This document shows positions 11,079 through 19,713 of a stretch of DNA of 64,000 nt, piece after piece; positions within the stretch are counted from its first letter, which is position 1; every line of letters starts with the position of its first letter. The translations under genes and the position numbers were made by a program. This stretch comes from an uncultured Gammaproteobacteria bacterium. Its GTDB lineage: Bacteria > Patescibacteriota > Microgenomatia > Levybacterales > UBA12049. The stretch is taken from assembly GCA_964515545.1 (NCBI GenBank), contig CAZERI010000002.1, positions 57,612 to 121,611 of the forward strand, read 5' to 3'. The notes beneath the pieces are model-generated. The model had not been told where the DNA came from. It did no database searches and worked only from the letters and a program-made list of their open reading frames with translations.

Positions 11079-11442
11079 AGTTTGTGGATGTTATTCTTGC
11101 AACTGTAGAGGTGAGGATTTCAAGATCAAACGGTTTCTCTATAATTCCTTGAATTTGGATTCCTTGAGAAAGCTGACGCAGACCATGGGTTGCAGAGACA
11201 AGAATGATAGGTATTCCCCGCAGTTCTTCGTCACGCCGTATCTTTTCTACCACCTGCTTGCCAGTCATATCAGGAAGCATATAATCCAGAAGGATAAGAG
11301 ATGGGTGTTCTTTTTTAGCTGTTTGGATACTATCTTCTCCCGTAAAGGCAGTTATTGTTTTATAGTTCTCAAGACCTAAGATTGTCTCTATCGCTGAGAC
11401 GATGTCATGATCGTCGTCAACAATAAGAATTTTTTTAGCCAT
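11077..11442 (-). CDS. Single-domain response regulator (CheY-like receiver)
   Basis: ILIVDDD...LLDYMLPDMTG...K, the receiver-domain Asp pocket; 121 aa with no output domain. Confidence 0.85.
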   Translation of the reverse strand: MAKKILIVDDDHDIVSAIETILGLENYKTITAFTGEDSIQTAKKEHPSLILLDYMLPDMTGKQVVEKIRRDEELRGIPIILVSATHGLRQLSQGIQIQGIIEKPFDLEILTSTVARITSTN

Positions 11443-11560
11443 GATATCTCTTTATAAGAAAAAAAATCTCAAAAAGCAATTGTTCTATCACAACTCTTAC
11501 AAATTTACAGCAGGCTTCTTAATGTTGAGTAGGATACTAAATTACTAAGGAGGTGAAGAT

Positions 11561-11845
11561 ATGACCGATCAAAAAGATAAATCTGCACAGGCAGGAAAGT
11601 TAGTAACAAGCCTTGCAGCAGGTGTCGCACTAGGAGCAGCTACAGTTTATTTAAGTGATAAAAAAAATCAAAAAAAAGTTGCTAAAAAATTAGATGAGGT
11701 GCGGGCTTGGAGTGATAAAACAGTTGCTCAGTGGAAAGAAAAAAATAGTGACATTGAGGAAGATGTCCATAAACTTTCAGATAAAGGAGAGGAAGAAGTA
11801 AAAGAAAATCTGGAAAAGATAGAGAAAAATATTAAGGTAGACTGA
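11561..11845 (+). CDS. Hypothetical small protein (one TM helix plus a charged coiled coil; YtxH/general-stress-like)
   Basis: 94-aa ORF with a strong SD (TAAGGAGGTGAAG). The AAGVALGAATVYL hydrophobic stretch is followed by a K/E-rich helix. Confidence 0.5.
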   Translation: MTDQKDKSAQAGKLVTSLAAGVALGAATVYLSDKKNQKKVAKKLDEVRAWSDKTVAQWKEKNSDIEEDVHKLSDKGEEEVKENLEKIEKNIKVD

Positions 11846-11855
11846 CGTAGGCCAT

Positions 11856-12551
11856 CTAGAGGAATGAAGGGATCGACTCAGTGCCAAGACCTGCCTGAGA
11901 GACGTTGAGACATTCCTCTTCTAATTTTTTATAGTGTGTGATGATGAGATATCGTCCTTGACGTTTTACGAGGCCTTTTCGTTCTAGTTTTTTCATCTCA
12001 AGAGAGGTGGTTTCACGGGTAATACCGATCATGGTTGCGATATCTTTGTGGGTGAGAGGGACACGGAGGATGATCTGCTCTCCATCATTCTCTCCCAAAC
12101 CTTTAGCACACATAAGAAGAATAGTGGCAACTTTTGTATAAGCATTACTAAAAGCCATAGACTCTATACGGGCAAGAACGCCATCAAAGCTGATGAGGAG
12201 GCGTTCTGTAAGTTCATAAAAGAGTTCAGGATCTTTCTTGATAAATTCGATAAAAAATTCCTGAGGCGCTTTCCATAATTCAAGGGGAGTGATGGCTTCC
12301 AGATAATAAGATTGATTGGTAGTACCAATGCCGTATGTCAAAGGAAAAAAATCATGTGATTTCAAAATAGCCAGAGTTAATTCTTCGCCATTTTCAGAAA
12401 TGCGAAAGACTCTAATATAGCCTGACTTTATGTAAAAAACACTAGAGGTACTATCGTTGCTCTTGAGGATAAGGGAGCGTTTTTTGTATTGGTACAATTT
12501 AAATTTCTGGAAAAATTTTTCAAATTGTTGGATAAGATAACTGTCAGCCAT
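11856..12551 (-). CDS. Crp/Fnr family transcriptional regulator
   Basis: cNMP-binding beta-barrel region plus a C-terminal HTH (DIATMIGITRETTSLEMKKLERKGLV). Confidence 0.85.
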   Translation of the reverse strand: MADSYLIQQFEKFFQKFKLYQYKKRSLILKSNDSTSSVFYIKSGYIRVFRISENGEELTLAILKSHDFFPLTYGIGTTNQSYYLEAITPLELWKAPQEFFIEFIKKDPELFYELTERLLISFDGVLARIESMAFSNAYTKVATILLMCAKGLGENDGEQIILRVPLTHKDIATMIGITRETTSLEMKKLERKGLVKRQGRYLIITHYKKLEEECLNVSQAGLGTESIPSFL

Positions 12552-12662
12552 AGTTGTAAGAAAGCTTATTGAAATGTGGTGATAAAGGCTTAATAGAAAT
12601 GTAAGAAATAGATAATAATTTGTTCAGTTAGCTTCAAATGTTTGGAAATAAAATATAATTTT

Positions 12663-12671
12663 TGGTAAGAT
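12663..12671 (+). promoter_or_regulatory. Extended -10 (TGGTAAGAT) 6 nt upstream of the histidine kinase ATG (leaderless-type)
   Basis: Read directly from the sequence; no SD. Confidence 0.35.
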
Positions 12672-12677
12672 ACTAGG

Positions 12678-13835
12678 ATGGATAAAAAATTAGCAATTAT
12701 AAACGACGCTGCTCTTCACTTTTTGATGCCGAGTGAGTTACAGAAAGTATATGCCATTATTGTGGAGAAAGCAGTCGAGCTGGTAAATGGTTCTTTCGGT
12801 TCTATTATTCTTACTAACGATAAAGAAATGGTGAGAGTCTATACCTCCAACCCTGATCACTTTAGTAGTAAGGTTAGAAAAGGAGAAAATGCCTCAAAAG
12901 CTTATTATCAGAATAAAGTTTTGGTAGTCCCCATATCAGATTTATCTTCGTCACATCCTGAGTTAGTAGAAAAAAAAATTAAGTCAACTATCTTTATTCC
13001 TCTAAGCAATAGAAATAAAGCAGTAGGGGTTTTGGTCGTTAATAGCCAGTACGATATAAAGCTTAAATCAGGCGATCATGATCTTCTTTCACTCTTTGGA
13101 GCTATGGCAAGTCTAGCTATTAGGAAGACTCAGCTTTATACCGAGACAAAGACTGCCCTTGAGACTCGAGATCATTTTATTTCTCTTGCCTCACATGAAC
13201 TCAGAACACCGCTTACCTCAATTAACGGATATATTCAGCTTCTCCACAGTAAGATGAAGGATAAGGATACTATTGAATCCAAATGGGTACAGGAGCTTCT
13301 CTATGAAAGTAAAAGGCTCACTAATCTTATCTTTGAACTTATGGAAATAAATCGCATTAAGCAGGGGACTCTTCAATTTAACTTGAAGGAAAATAATTTA
13401 AATGAGTTCTTTGAAGAACTCAAAAAGCGTGTAATACATCTTAATGATAGAGAAATTATTTTTACCAATCTCTCAGCGAAAGATGACAGGATGTTTATCG
13501 GTGATCCGGAAAAACTGATGAATGTGTTTATTGGACTCATTACGAATGCTGAGAAATTTTCTTCTCCTAAAGATCCGATTATCGTTACCCTTCAAGCCTC
13601 TCAATCGAAGTTCTTACTCTCTGTTACTGATAAAGGAAGCGGGATGTCTAGAGAACAGCTTGCAAAAGTCTTTGAAGGATTTAATAAATTTGATAATCAG
13701 GAAGGGCAGGGATTTGGGGTAGGTCTTCTGTTAGCTAAGCACATCATCGATTTTCATCACGGAACAATTGAAATTAACTCAAGAGTAAAAAAAGGGACAA
13801 AGGTTGAGGTGAAGCTTCCCATACTCTCAAAATGA
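12678..13835 (+). CDS. Cytoplasmic GAF-domain sensor histidine kinase
   Basis: No TM segment. GAF-like N-terminal half; H-box SHELRTPLTSINGYIQLL; HATPase_c N/G boxes (ITNAEKFS, DKGSGM, GQGFGVGL). Confidence 0.85.
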   Translation: MDKKLAIINDAALHFLMPSELQKVYAIIVEKAVELVNGSFGSIILTNDKEMVRVYTSNPDHFSSKVRKGENASKAYYQNKVLVVPISDLSSSHPELVEKKIKSTIFIPLSNRNKAVGVLVVNSQYDIKLKSGDHDLLSLFGAMASLAIRKTQLYTETKTALETRDHFISLASHELRTPLTSINGYIQLLHSKMKDKDTIESKWVQELLYESKRLTNLIFELMEINRIKQGTLQFNLKENNLNEFFEELKKRVIHLNDREIIFTNLSAKDDRMFIGDPEKLMNVFIGLITNAEKFSSPKDPIIVTLQASQSKFLLSVTDKGSGMSREQLAKVFEGFNKFDNQEGQGFGVGLLLAKHIIDFHHGTIEINSRVKKGTKVEVKLPILSK

Positions 13836-14917
13836 AAGAATTTAGTAATTTACCAGGGCCCTCTATGTCTCCATTTATCGATGGAGGGATGGGTATGTTT
13901 ATGCTTCCGGAAACTGAGATAGAGATGCTTCTTCATGAAAAGTATGAATTACTTGATCATTTGAGAGTTCCGGATAATGCCTGGGGACATCTCAGTATCG
14001 GAGATTTTCTCAATGATATTACTGGTACGCTTAATACGAAAGAAAGTACAGATATAGCAATCATAGGAGAACCCGGATCAGGCAAAACATTTGCTGCTCT
14101 TCAAATAGCCAACCTTTTTGAGGAGGTAGGGATTACGCCGTATCATATTCCTTTTGTTGATGTTATCCGTGATGCAAAAGAAAGAGGACTTATCCCTCAG
14201 GAGAGTCCTTTTGGTAGTTTGAGTCCTCAGGAGTATCAGACAGTAAGTAATTTAATGTATCGAATCCATGAGCAGGTGGCAGCAGAGACGGAGGGAACTC
14301 CCTCTATTCGGATAGGAGAGTGTCCAGGTATTCCGACATTTGAGAAAGAAGATGAGGATCTGGTAGTAGTCGATAGAGGATTTTCAGCTGTGAGCAGACT
14401 GGTTCAAAATAGAGAGGGATATGTGATGGGTATGTACGGCAGTTCACGCATGAGAGAAAAAGCCAAGAATTTCAGAGGCAAGCTCCCCGGTCTTACTGAT
14501 GAAACTGCTGAGCAGACTCTTTCAGAATTTAATATAAATGTTCAGTCTGACAAGAAAAGATCTGTTGTAGAGACCTTACAGAGAAGCGGAGCCCCAATCG
14601 ATGCGGTAAAGCATTATGAAGATGTGATAAATCAGACATTTGTACTTTTAGCCAAGAGCAGGGAGGAAGAACTGGGTATTGCTGCTGAGAGTATAACCTC
14701 TGAATACCTGGCAGATCATCCTGATGTCAGAACTCGGCTGATTGGGTCTATATTTATTCCTTATCTTTTAAGAGATGAGTATAATGTTCCGGAGGATCAT
14801 TGTGTCGTAGCATATAACCGATTAATCCAAAAGAAAATGCATCGTTTTGATTCTGAAAGTGTGCATTATCATCGCATTCTTTCTCCTGAGAGAATAGATA
14901 TAACTAATTTAGGATAA
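13832..14917 (+). CDS. P-loop NTPase, RecA/KaiC-superfamily-like, translationally coupled to the histidine kinase
   Basis: ATGA overlap with the HK stop. Walker A IAIIGEPGSGKTFAALQIANLF resembles the KaiC/RadA type; candidate Walker B DLVVVDRG. The C-terminal 170 aa match nothing I recognise. Confidence 0.55.
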   Translation: MKEFSNLPGPSMSPFIDGGMGMFMLPETEIEMLLHEKYELLDHLRVPDNAWGHLSIGDFLNDITGTLNTKESTDIAIIGEPGSGKTFAALQIANLFEEVGITPYHIPFVDVIRDAKERGLIPQESPFGSLSPQEYQTVSNLMYRIHEQVAAETEGTPSIRIGECPGIPTFEKEDEDLVVVDRGFSAVSRLVQNREGYVMGMYGSSRMREKAKNFRGKLPGLTDETAEQTLSEFNINVQSDKKRSVVETLQRSGAPIDAVKHYEDVINQTFVLLAKSREEELGIAAESITSEYLADHPDVRTRLIGSIFIPYLLRDEYNVPEDHCVVAYNRLIQKKMHRFDSESVHYHRILSPERIDITNLG

Positions 14918-14987
14918 ATGTATCCTTTCTCTTTTCTTACGTAATTTATCTCTTTTTCTCATCAGCTACGTGTAATCTAGATCACAG

Positions 14988-16166
14988 ATGCGAATTGCAC
15001 AGATAGCCCCAATTATCGAATCAGTCCCTCCAGAGAAATATGGCGGAACAGAGAGAGTCATATCAGCACTCACTGAAGAGTTAGTGAGAAGAGGGCATGA
15101 AGTAACACTCTTTGCCAGTGGAGATTCTATAACAAAAGCTCGTCTCTCCTCAGTCTTTCCGACATCTCTTCGAGAGTCTGGTATTGAGAACATCTATGGC
15201 TATAATATCTGGTCGCTTCTTCATGTCGGTGTGGCGTATCAGCGTCAGGAAGAATTTGACATTATTCATGACCATAATAGCCAGAATAATCCCGTGAGTT
15301 TACCCCTTGCTAATATTTCCCAGACTCCCGTTGTCATGACACTGCATGGACCGCTTAATGGTGATTATGGTTTTGAGACTGATGGACACGGATATCGATT
15401 TTTTGAACTATATAATAAGCCACATCTAGTTACCATCTCCCGCAAGCAGCAGCAGCCTGCGCCTCATCTGAACTTTGCTGGAAATGTCTATCATGGATTA
15501 CCGATGGAGAAGTATCCTTTTTGTAAAAAGGATCAGGGTTATCTCCTTTTTGTCGGAAGAATTCATCTCTATAAAGGAGTAGAAGAAAAAGGTCTCTGTA
15601 ATGCAATCGAAATCGCCAAGAGATTGCATATGCCTCTCCTTATAGCAGCCAAATTAGATACTAGTATTAAAGAGGATGTAGCGTATTTTGATAGCGTTAT
15701 TAAGCCAAATTTGTCTGATAAGATCCGCTTCTTAGGTGAGGTCGATGAAAAAAAGAGAAATGAGCTGATGAGTAATGCATTTTGTCTTATTCACTCAATT
15801 AATTTTGAAGAGCCTTTTGGACTTACTCTTATAGAGGCGATGGGTTGTGGGTGTCCAGTAGTCGCTTTCAATAAAGGATCCATACCAGAGATTATAGATG
15901 AAGGACGCACAGGTTTTGTTGTTTCAGGGATTGAGGAGGCTGTCTCAGTGATGCCCTCTGTTAAGGAACTTTCCCGCATCACAGCCAGGGAATATGCCCT
16001 CAAGAATTTTAGCTCATCTAGAATGGCTAAAGACTATGAGGCAATCTACCAAAATATCCTTTCTCAGCATACTTCCACATTTATCACTACGTCATTTAAG
16101 AAGTCATTTCCCCGCAGTAAGCGAGTTGAGGCGCTAGCTGATGAGCGGTTAGCAGTTGTCCACTAG
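14988..16166 (+). CDS. Glycosyltransferase family 4 (GT-B, retaining)
   Basis: N-terminal MRIAQIAP...YGGTERV and C-terminal EPFGLTLIEAMGCGCPVVAF...GSIPEII...G.TGF, the GT4 signature. Confidence 0.8.
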   Translation: MRIAQIAPIIESVPPEKYGGTERVISALTEELVRRGHEVTLFASGDSITKARLSSVFPTSLRESGIENIYGYNIWSLLHVGVAYQRQEEFDIIHDHNSQNNPVSLPLANISQTPVVMTLHGPLNGDYGFETDGHGYRFFELYNKPHLVTISRKQQQPAPHLNFAGNVYHGLPMEKYPFCKKDQGYLLFVGRIHLYKGVEEKGLCNAIEIAKRLHMPLLIAAKLDTSIKEDVAYFDSVIKPNLSDKIRFLGEVDEKKRNELMSNAFCLIHSINFEEPFGLTLIEAMGCGCPVVAFNKGSIPEIIDEGRTGFVVSGIEEAVSVMPSVKELSRITAREYALKNFSSSRMAKDYEAIYQNILSQHTSTFITTSFKKSFPRSKRVEALADERLAVVH

Positions 16167-16191
16167 TATTGTATGAAATCTCTTGTTCAGC

Positions 16192-16220
16192 TTGACTTGT
16201 CGTCTTTCCTTCGCTAAATT
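16192..16220 (+). promoter_or_regulatory. Sigma70-like promoter (TTGACT-N17-TAAATT) upstream of the glycosidase gene
   Basis: Spacing and hexamers read from the sequence. Confidence 0.3.
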
Positions 16221-16253
16221 CGAGTAAGAATTTATTTCAACAATTTCTGCCTT

Positions 16254-17558
16254 ATGGACTATACATCTCTCCGTTCACGAATTTATACTGATATCTTAGG
16301 TTTGGCCACTGAAGACGGCATAAATGCATCAGGTAAAGATGAAATATATGGCTGCATTTTTGGCCGTGATAGTGCTATAACTGTTCTTAAGATTCTTAAG
16401 GTTACTTCCTCTAAGAAAGCCTCTTATTATTATGATGTAGCCCATCTTCAGGACATGTGTAGGCGGGCGCTTATCAATCTAACAGCACTTCAAGGAAGAC
16501 AGACTGTTTTTGAAAGTGGTGAACAACCAGGGAAATTTATCCATGAATATCGGAAAAATCGTTATGATCATCTGCTCCGCCTAGAAAAGCCGTGGTATGT
16601 CTATCCCGATGGAATTCTTCGTAACTACGACTCACTTGACTCAACGCCACTTGCACTTATCGCAATCTATCGATACTGGCAGCAGACCCATGATGATACA
16701 TTCCTCCTCACAGTTCTTCCTTCGGTTGAAGCTGGACTTAACTGGATTATTACCTATGGTGACTTAGATAAGGATGGACTGGTAGAGTATGAATTGCCTC
16801 AGGATAGGCCCTATGGAGGCCTGCCTGTCCAGTCGTGGACAGATTCACATCAGTCGATAAGTAGCGCTGATGGAAGTATGCCATCCTATCCAATAGCTCC
16901 TGTTGAGGTCCAGGGATATACCTGGCTTGCTCTCAAATTGTGGAGTGATTTTTATGCAACTGACCATGTAGGCGGAAATACTCAGAGCTTTTCTAAAAAA
17001 CTCATGAAATTTGCTGATAGCATGAAAGAGCAGTTTAATAAGCTTTTCCTTTTTGAAGATAATGGATATATGTTCCCCGCCCAGGCACTCGATGGAGTTA
17101 AAAACCAGTTGAGGACAGTTACCGGAAATCCTCTGTTATTATTATGGGCGACTTACCAGAAAGCTTCAGAAAAAGAAGTTATTTTAAGTCCTGACTATAT
17201 TGAACCGTTAGTAAAGAGATCTTTCTTGCCGGATCTTTTTGATCGTGATGCAGGGATTCGTACCATGAGTATGCTGTCTCAGACTTTTGATGCATCAGAA
17301 AATTCATACCATAACGGCAGTTTCTGGCCCAAATTAAATGGAATGAGTCATGAAGGACTTATCAATTGGGGCTATACCGAGGAAGCAGATCTTCTGAAAG
17401 AGGCATCTCTTAAGCCTATTGTTCATTTTGGCAGCCCTATTGAGCTTTATATGAAGAATGGAGATGGAGGATACGGAGAATTTCATTCTAATGGTCAGAC
17501 AGGCTGTCGGGTCCAGGCCTGGTCTGCAGCAGCTACACTTGATCTCCTAACTCAGTGA
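16254..17558 (+). CDS. Amylo-alpha-1,6-glucosidase / glycogen-debranching-enzyme C-domain-like (alpha/alpha)6 glycosidase
   Basis: The GCIFGRDSAITVLKIL (FGRD) motif and overall length fit the GDE_C / GH63-like six-hairpin glycosidases. Confidence 0.6.
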   Translation: MDYTSLRSRIYTDILGLATEDGINASGKDEIYGCIFGRDSAITVLKILKVTSSKKASYYYDVAHLQDMCRRALINLTALQGRQTVFESGEQPGKFIHEYRKNRYDHLLRLEKPWYVYPDGILRNYDSLDSTPLALIAIYRYWQQTHDDTFLLTVLPSVEAGLNWIITYGDLDKDGLVEYELPQDRPYGGLPVQSWTDSHQSISSADGSMPSYPIAPVEVQGYTWLALKLWSDFYATDHVGGNTQSFSKKLMKFADSMKEQFNKLFLFEDNGYMFPAQALDGVKNQLRTVTGNPLLLLWATYQKASEKEVILSPDYIEPLVKRSFLPDLFDRDAGIRTMSMLSQTFDASENSYHNGSFWPKLNGMSHEGLINWGYTEEADLLKEASLKPIVHFGSPIELYMKNGDGGYGEFHSNGQTGCRVQAWSAAATLDLLTQ

Positions 17559-18035
17559 TTCGAAGCAATTTTTATGGAAGTGAAGTTCTGCTTTAATTTT
17601 ACTTCGTGTCTCATACCAGACGTGAAATCCTTTTCGTAGGTTATCTTTAGGATCGATATCTAAGTCTTTACCACAGAGGTCACAGATAAATGCTTTGAGT
17701 AGTGGTTGGGAATGAGTATTCCAGTCTTCTAGTAATTCTTCAAATGTTTCCTTAGTTTTTTCTGAGTAATTATTGGCAAGGATAGGTGGAGTAGCTGGAG
17801 GCTTAAGAGCTATTTTAAGATTATGAGCATGAAATGCAGGTTCACAGGTGTCAGGGCATAGATGAACTGGTACTATGTATCCTCCGCTCGTGAGCCAGTG
17901 GTGCCATGATTCATTTTTATATTCTTGGCAAGCTGCACAACGAAAGCCTCGATATTCAGGGTCAGAACTGAGAGTCCAGCTTTTAACTATAGTGAGTAAG
18001 AGTTGCTGTTCATCCACAGCCTGATTATAGCACAA
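17547..18035 (-). CDS. Hypothetical Cys/His-rich (zinc-ribbon-like) protein
   Basis: CAACQEY...HLCPDTCEP...CDLCGKD...HKNC, several CxxC-like pairs; no family recognised. Confidence 0.45.
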   Translation of the reverse strand: MCYNQAVDEQQLLLTIVKSWTLSSDPEYRGFRCAACQEYKNESWHHWLTSGGYIVPVHLCPDTCEPAFHAHNLKIALKPPATPPILANNYSEKTKETFEELLEDWNTHSQPLLKAFICDLCGKDLDIDPKDNLRKGFHVWYETRSKIKAELHFHKNCFESLS

Positions 18036-18040
18036 CTACC

Positions 18041-18601
18041 TTAATGTCTAGTAGTGTGAGAAGGGATGGGGAGAGCATCTACGATATTCTGATTTTTATT
18101 AAGAATAATATTCATTAGTTGTACTGTCCGTTCTACGGCTATAGTCAGCCTCTCAAGCTCTTCAGATTTGGCATGAATCGTTATATGAAATGTTCCTTTG
18201 GGATCATGGGTCCAGTCCCAATTAGTCACCCCTTCATAACTGGCATAGTCTAGGCCATTCTCAAGCTGGATGATACAGAGATATTCTAGAAGTATGTGTT
18301 CAAAAAGATGTCCAAGTTCAGTTCTGGCTACTTCCTTAGCAAAGGGTAGATGCTCATCGTTATAACACGCAGATTTAAAAATAGTTGGGAGGTAAAGTTG
18401 TAATAGTTGATGTGTCTGGGGGAAGCAGCTCGTATTTACCTCAGGAATAAGGAGCTTCATAAGGATACATGTCTTGGTGGGACGACGATCGATAGAGAGA
18501 GTATAAAGGTCACGACTCGCGATTTCCTCTATGCTCAGCTTTTGCAGGGTTTTGAGCTTAGACATAAAAAATAAATTCATTTTTATGATAGTAAAGACCA
18601 A
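18041..18601 (-). CDS. Hypothetical protein
   Basis: 186-aa ORF that fills the gap in the same orientation as its neighbours; the start is uncertain (several N-terminal Met). Confidence 0.4.
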   Translation of the reverse strand: MVFTIIKMNLFFMSKLKTLQKLSIEEIASRDLYTLSIDRRPTKTCILMKLLIPEVNTSCFPQTHQLLQLYLPTIFKSACYNDEHLPFAKEVARTELGHLFEHILLEYLCIIQLENGLDYASYEGVTNWDWTHDPKGTFHITIHAKSEELERLTIAVERTVQLMNIILNKNQNIVDALPIPSHTTRH

Positions 18602-18722
18602 AAAAGTCTGTCAAGCTGAGGCGTAGATTTTATGTAATAGGTTGTAGTTCTTAGGTCTCTGGGGAATTATATTTATTTTTAATTCGGTTCTCCTCCTAAG
18701 AGCTAAGAGCAAAGGACTAATC

Positions 18723-19397
18723 TTACTCTTTAATGACGTAGCCGAATCCGCGGACTGAGTGGAGGAGCTTTTTTTCATGCTCAAAGTCAATTTTCTTTCG
18801 CAGATACCCCATATAGACGTCGACAACTCGAGTCTCGATATCACTTGAATAGAGCCAGATACGATTAAGGATCATTTCGCGCGTAAGGATACGACCTTTA
18901 TTATTCATGAGGTATTGGAGAAGCTTAAATTCCTGAGGAGTGAGCTGGATTTGTTTGTCTCCTCGGGTGACTTCAAGTGTCTTGCTGTTGAGTTTAAGAT
19001 CAGCGACCTCAAGGAGTGCTTCATTACTGCCGTCTTTACGGCGAAGTCTGGCTTTAATGCGGGCTAAGAATTCATCTGCCACAAAAGGTTTAGTCATATA
19101 GTCATCAGCGCCTAAGTTGAGACCCTGGACAATATCATTAATACTGTCTTTTGCGGTAAGGATAATAACAGGCAGCTCAGGATATTTTTTGCGGACTTCA
19201 CTACAGACTGCCTCTCCGCTCATATTAGGAAGCCCAAGATCTAGTACCAGAAGATCCGGCTGAGTACGGGTGAGAGTCTCCAGTGCCTCAATGCCGTCTC
19301 CTGCAACTTTGACAGAGTAGCCGTTATCCAGGAGTAATTCCTTGAGGTATTTTTGAAGGCCTTTATCGTCTTCGACAACGAGAATGGTTTGTACCAT
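18723..19397 (-). CDS. OmpR/PhoB-family response regulator (orphan)
   Basis: Receiver domain (ILVVEDDKGL...LLVLDLGLPNMSG...K) plus a winged-helix output (LTPQEFKLLQYLM...VRGFGY). Confidence 0.9.
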   Translation of the reverse strand: MVQTILVVEDDKGLQKYLKELLLDNGYSVKVAGDGIEALETLTRTQPDLLVLDLGLPNMSGEAVCSEVRKKYPELPVIILTAKDSINDIVQGLNLGADDYMTKPFVADEFLARIKARLRRKDGSNEALLEVADLKLNSKTLEVTRGDKQIQLTPQEFKLLQYLMNNKGRILTREMILNRIWLYSSDIETRVVDVYMGYLRKKIDFEHEKKLLHSVRGFGYVIKE

Positions 19398-19652
19398 ACG
19401 GGGAGAGTATAGCAGTCTTCTTACAAAACCTCAATGTATCTTTGCCTTTCTTGCGCTTCTCTTACATTCTCATCTATTGCCTCAGAAAAAATAAGCTCTA
19501 CTGAGGACTCGATATGTATTATAGTAATTTTCTTACTTTCTACTCTAGGATAGGTTATGGTTGAGAGGTATACCTTGTCTCCATGGGATTTCTATTGGCT
19601 GAGTATCCTCACAGCTCTCTTACTTTCTTTTGATTTTCAGCTTACGTTGACC

Positions 19653-19680
19653 TTGACTCACATTTTGGGGTTGTTATAAT
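19653..19680 (+). promoter_or_regulatory. Sigma70 promoter TTGACT-N16-TGnTATAAT upstream of the GH18 gene
   Basis: Read directly from the sequence. Confidence 0.4.
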
Positions 19681-19713
19681 CGCTTCTCAAACCAAACTAC
19701 TATAACTCTACTG

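Noticed and set aside
18611-18844. 77-aa minus-strand ORF
   Set aside because: Overlaps the 3' end of the OmpR-family regulator in another frame; no SD; composition looks spurious.
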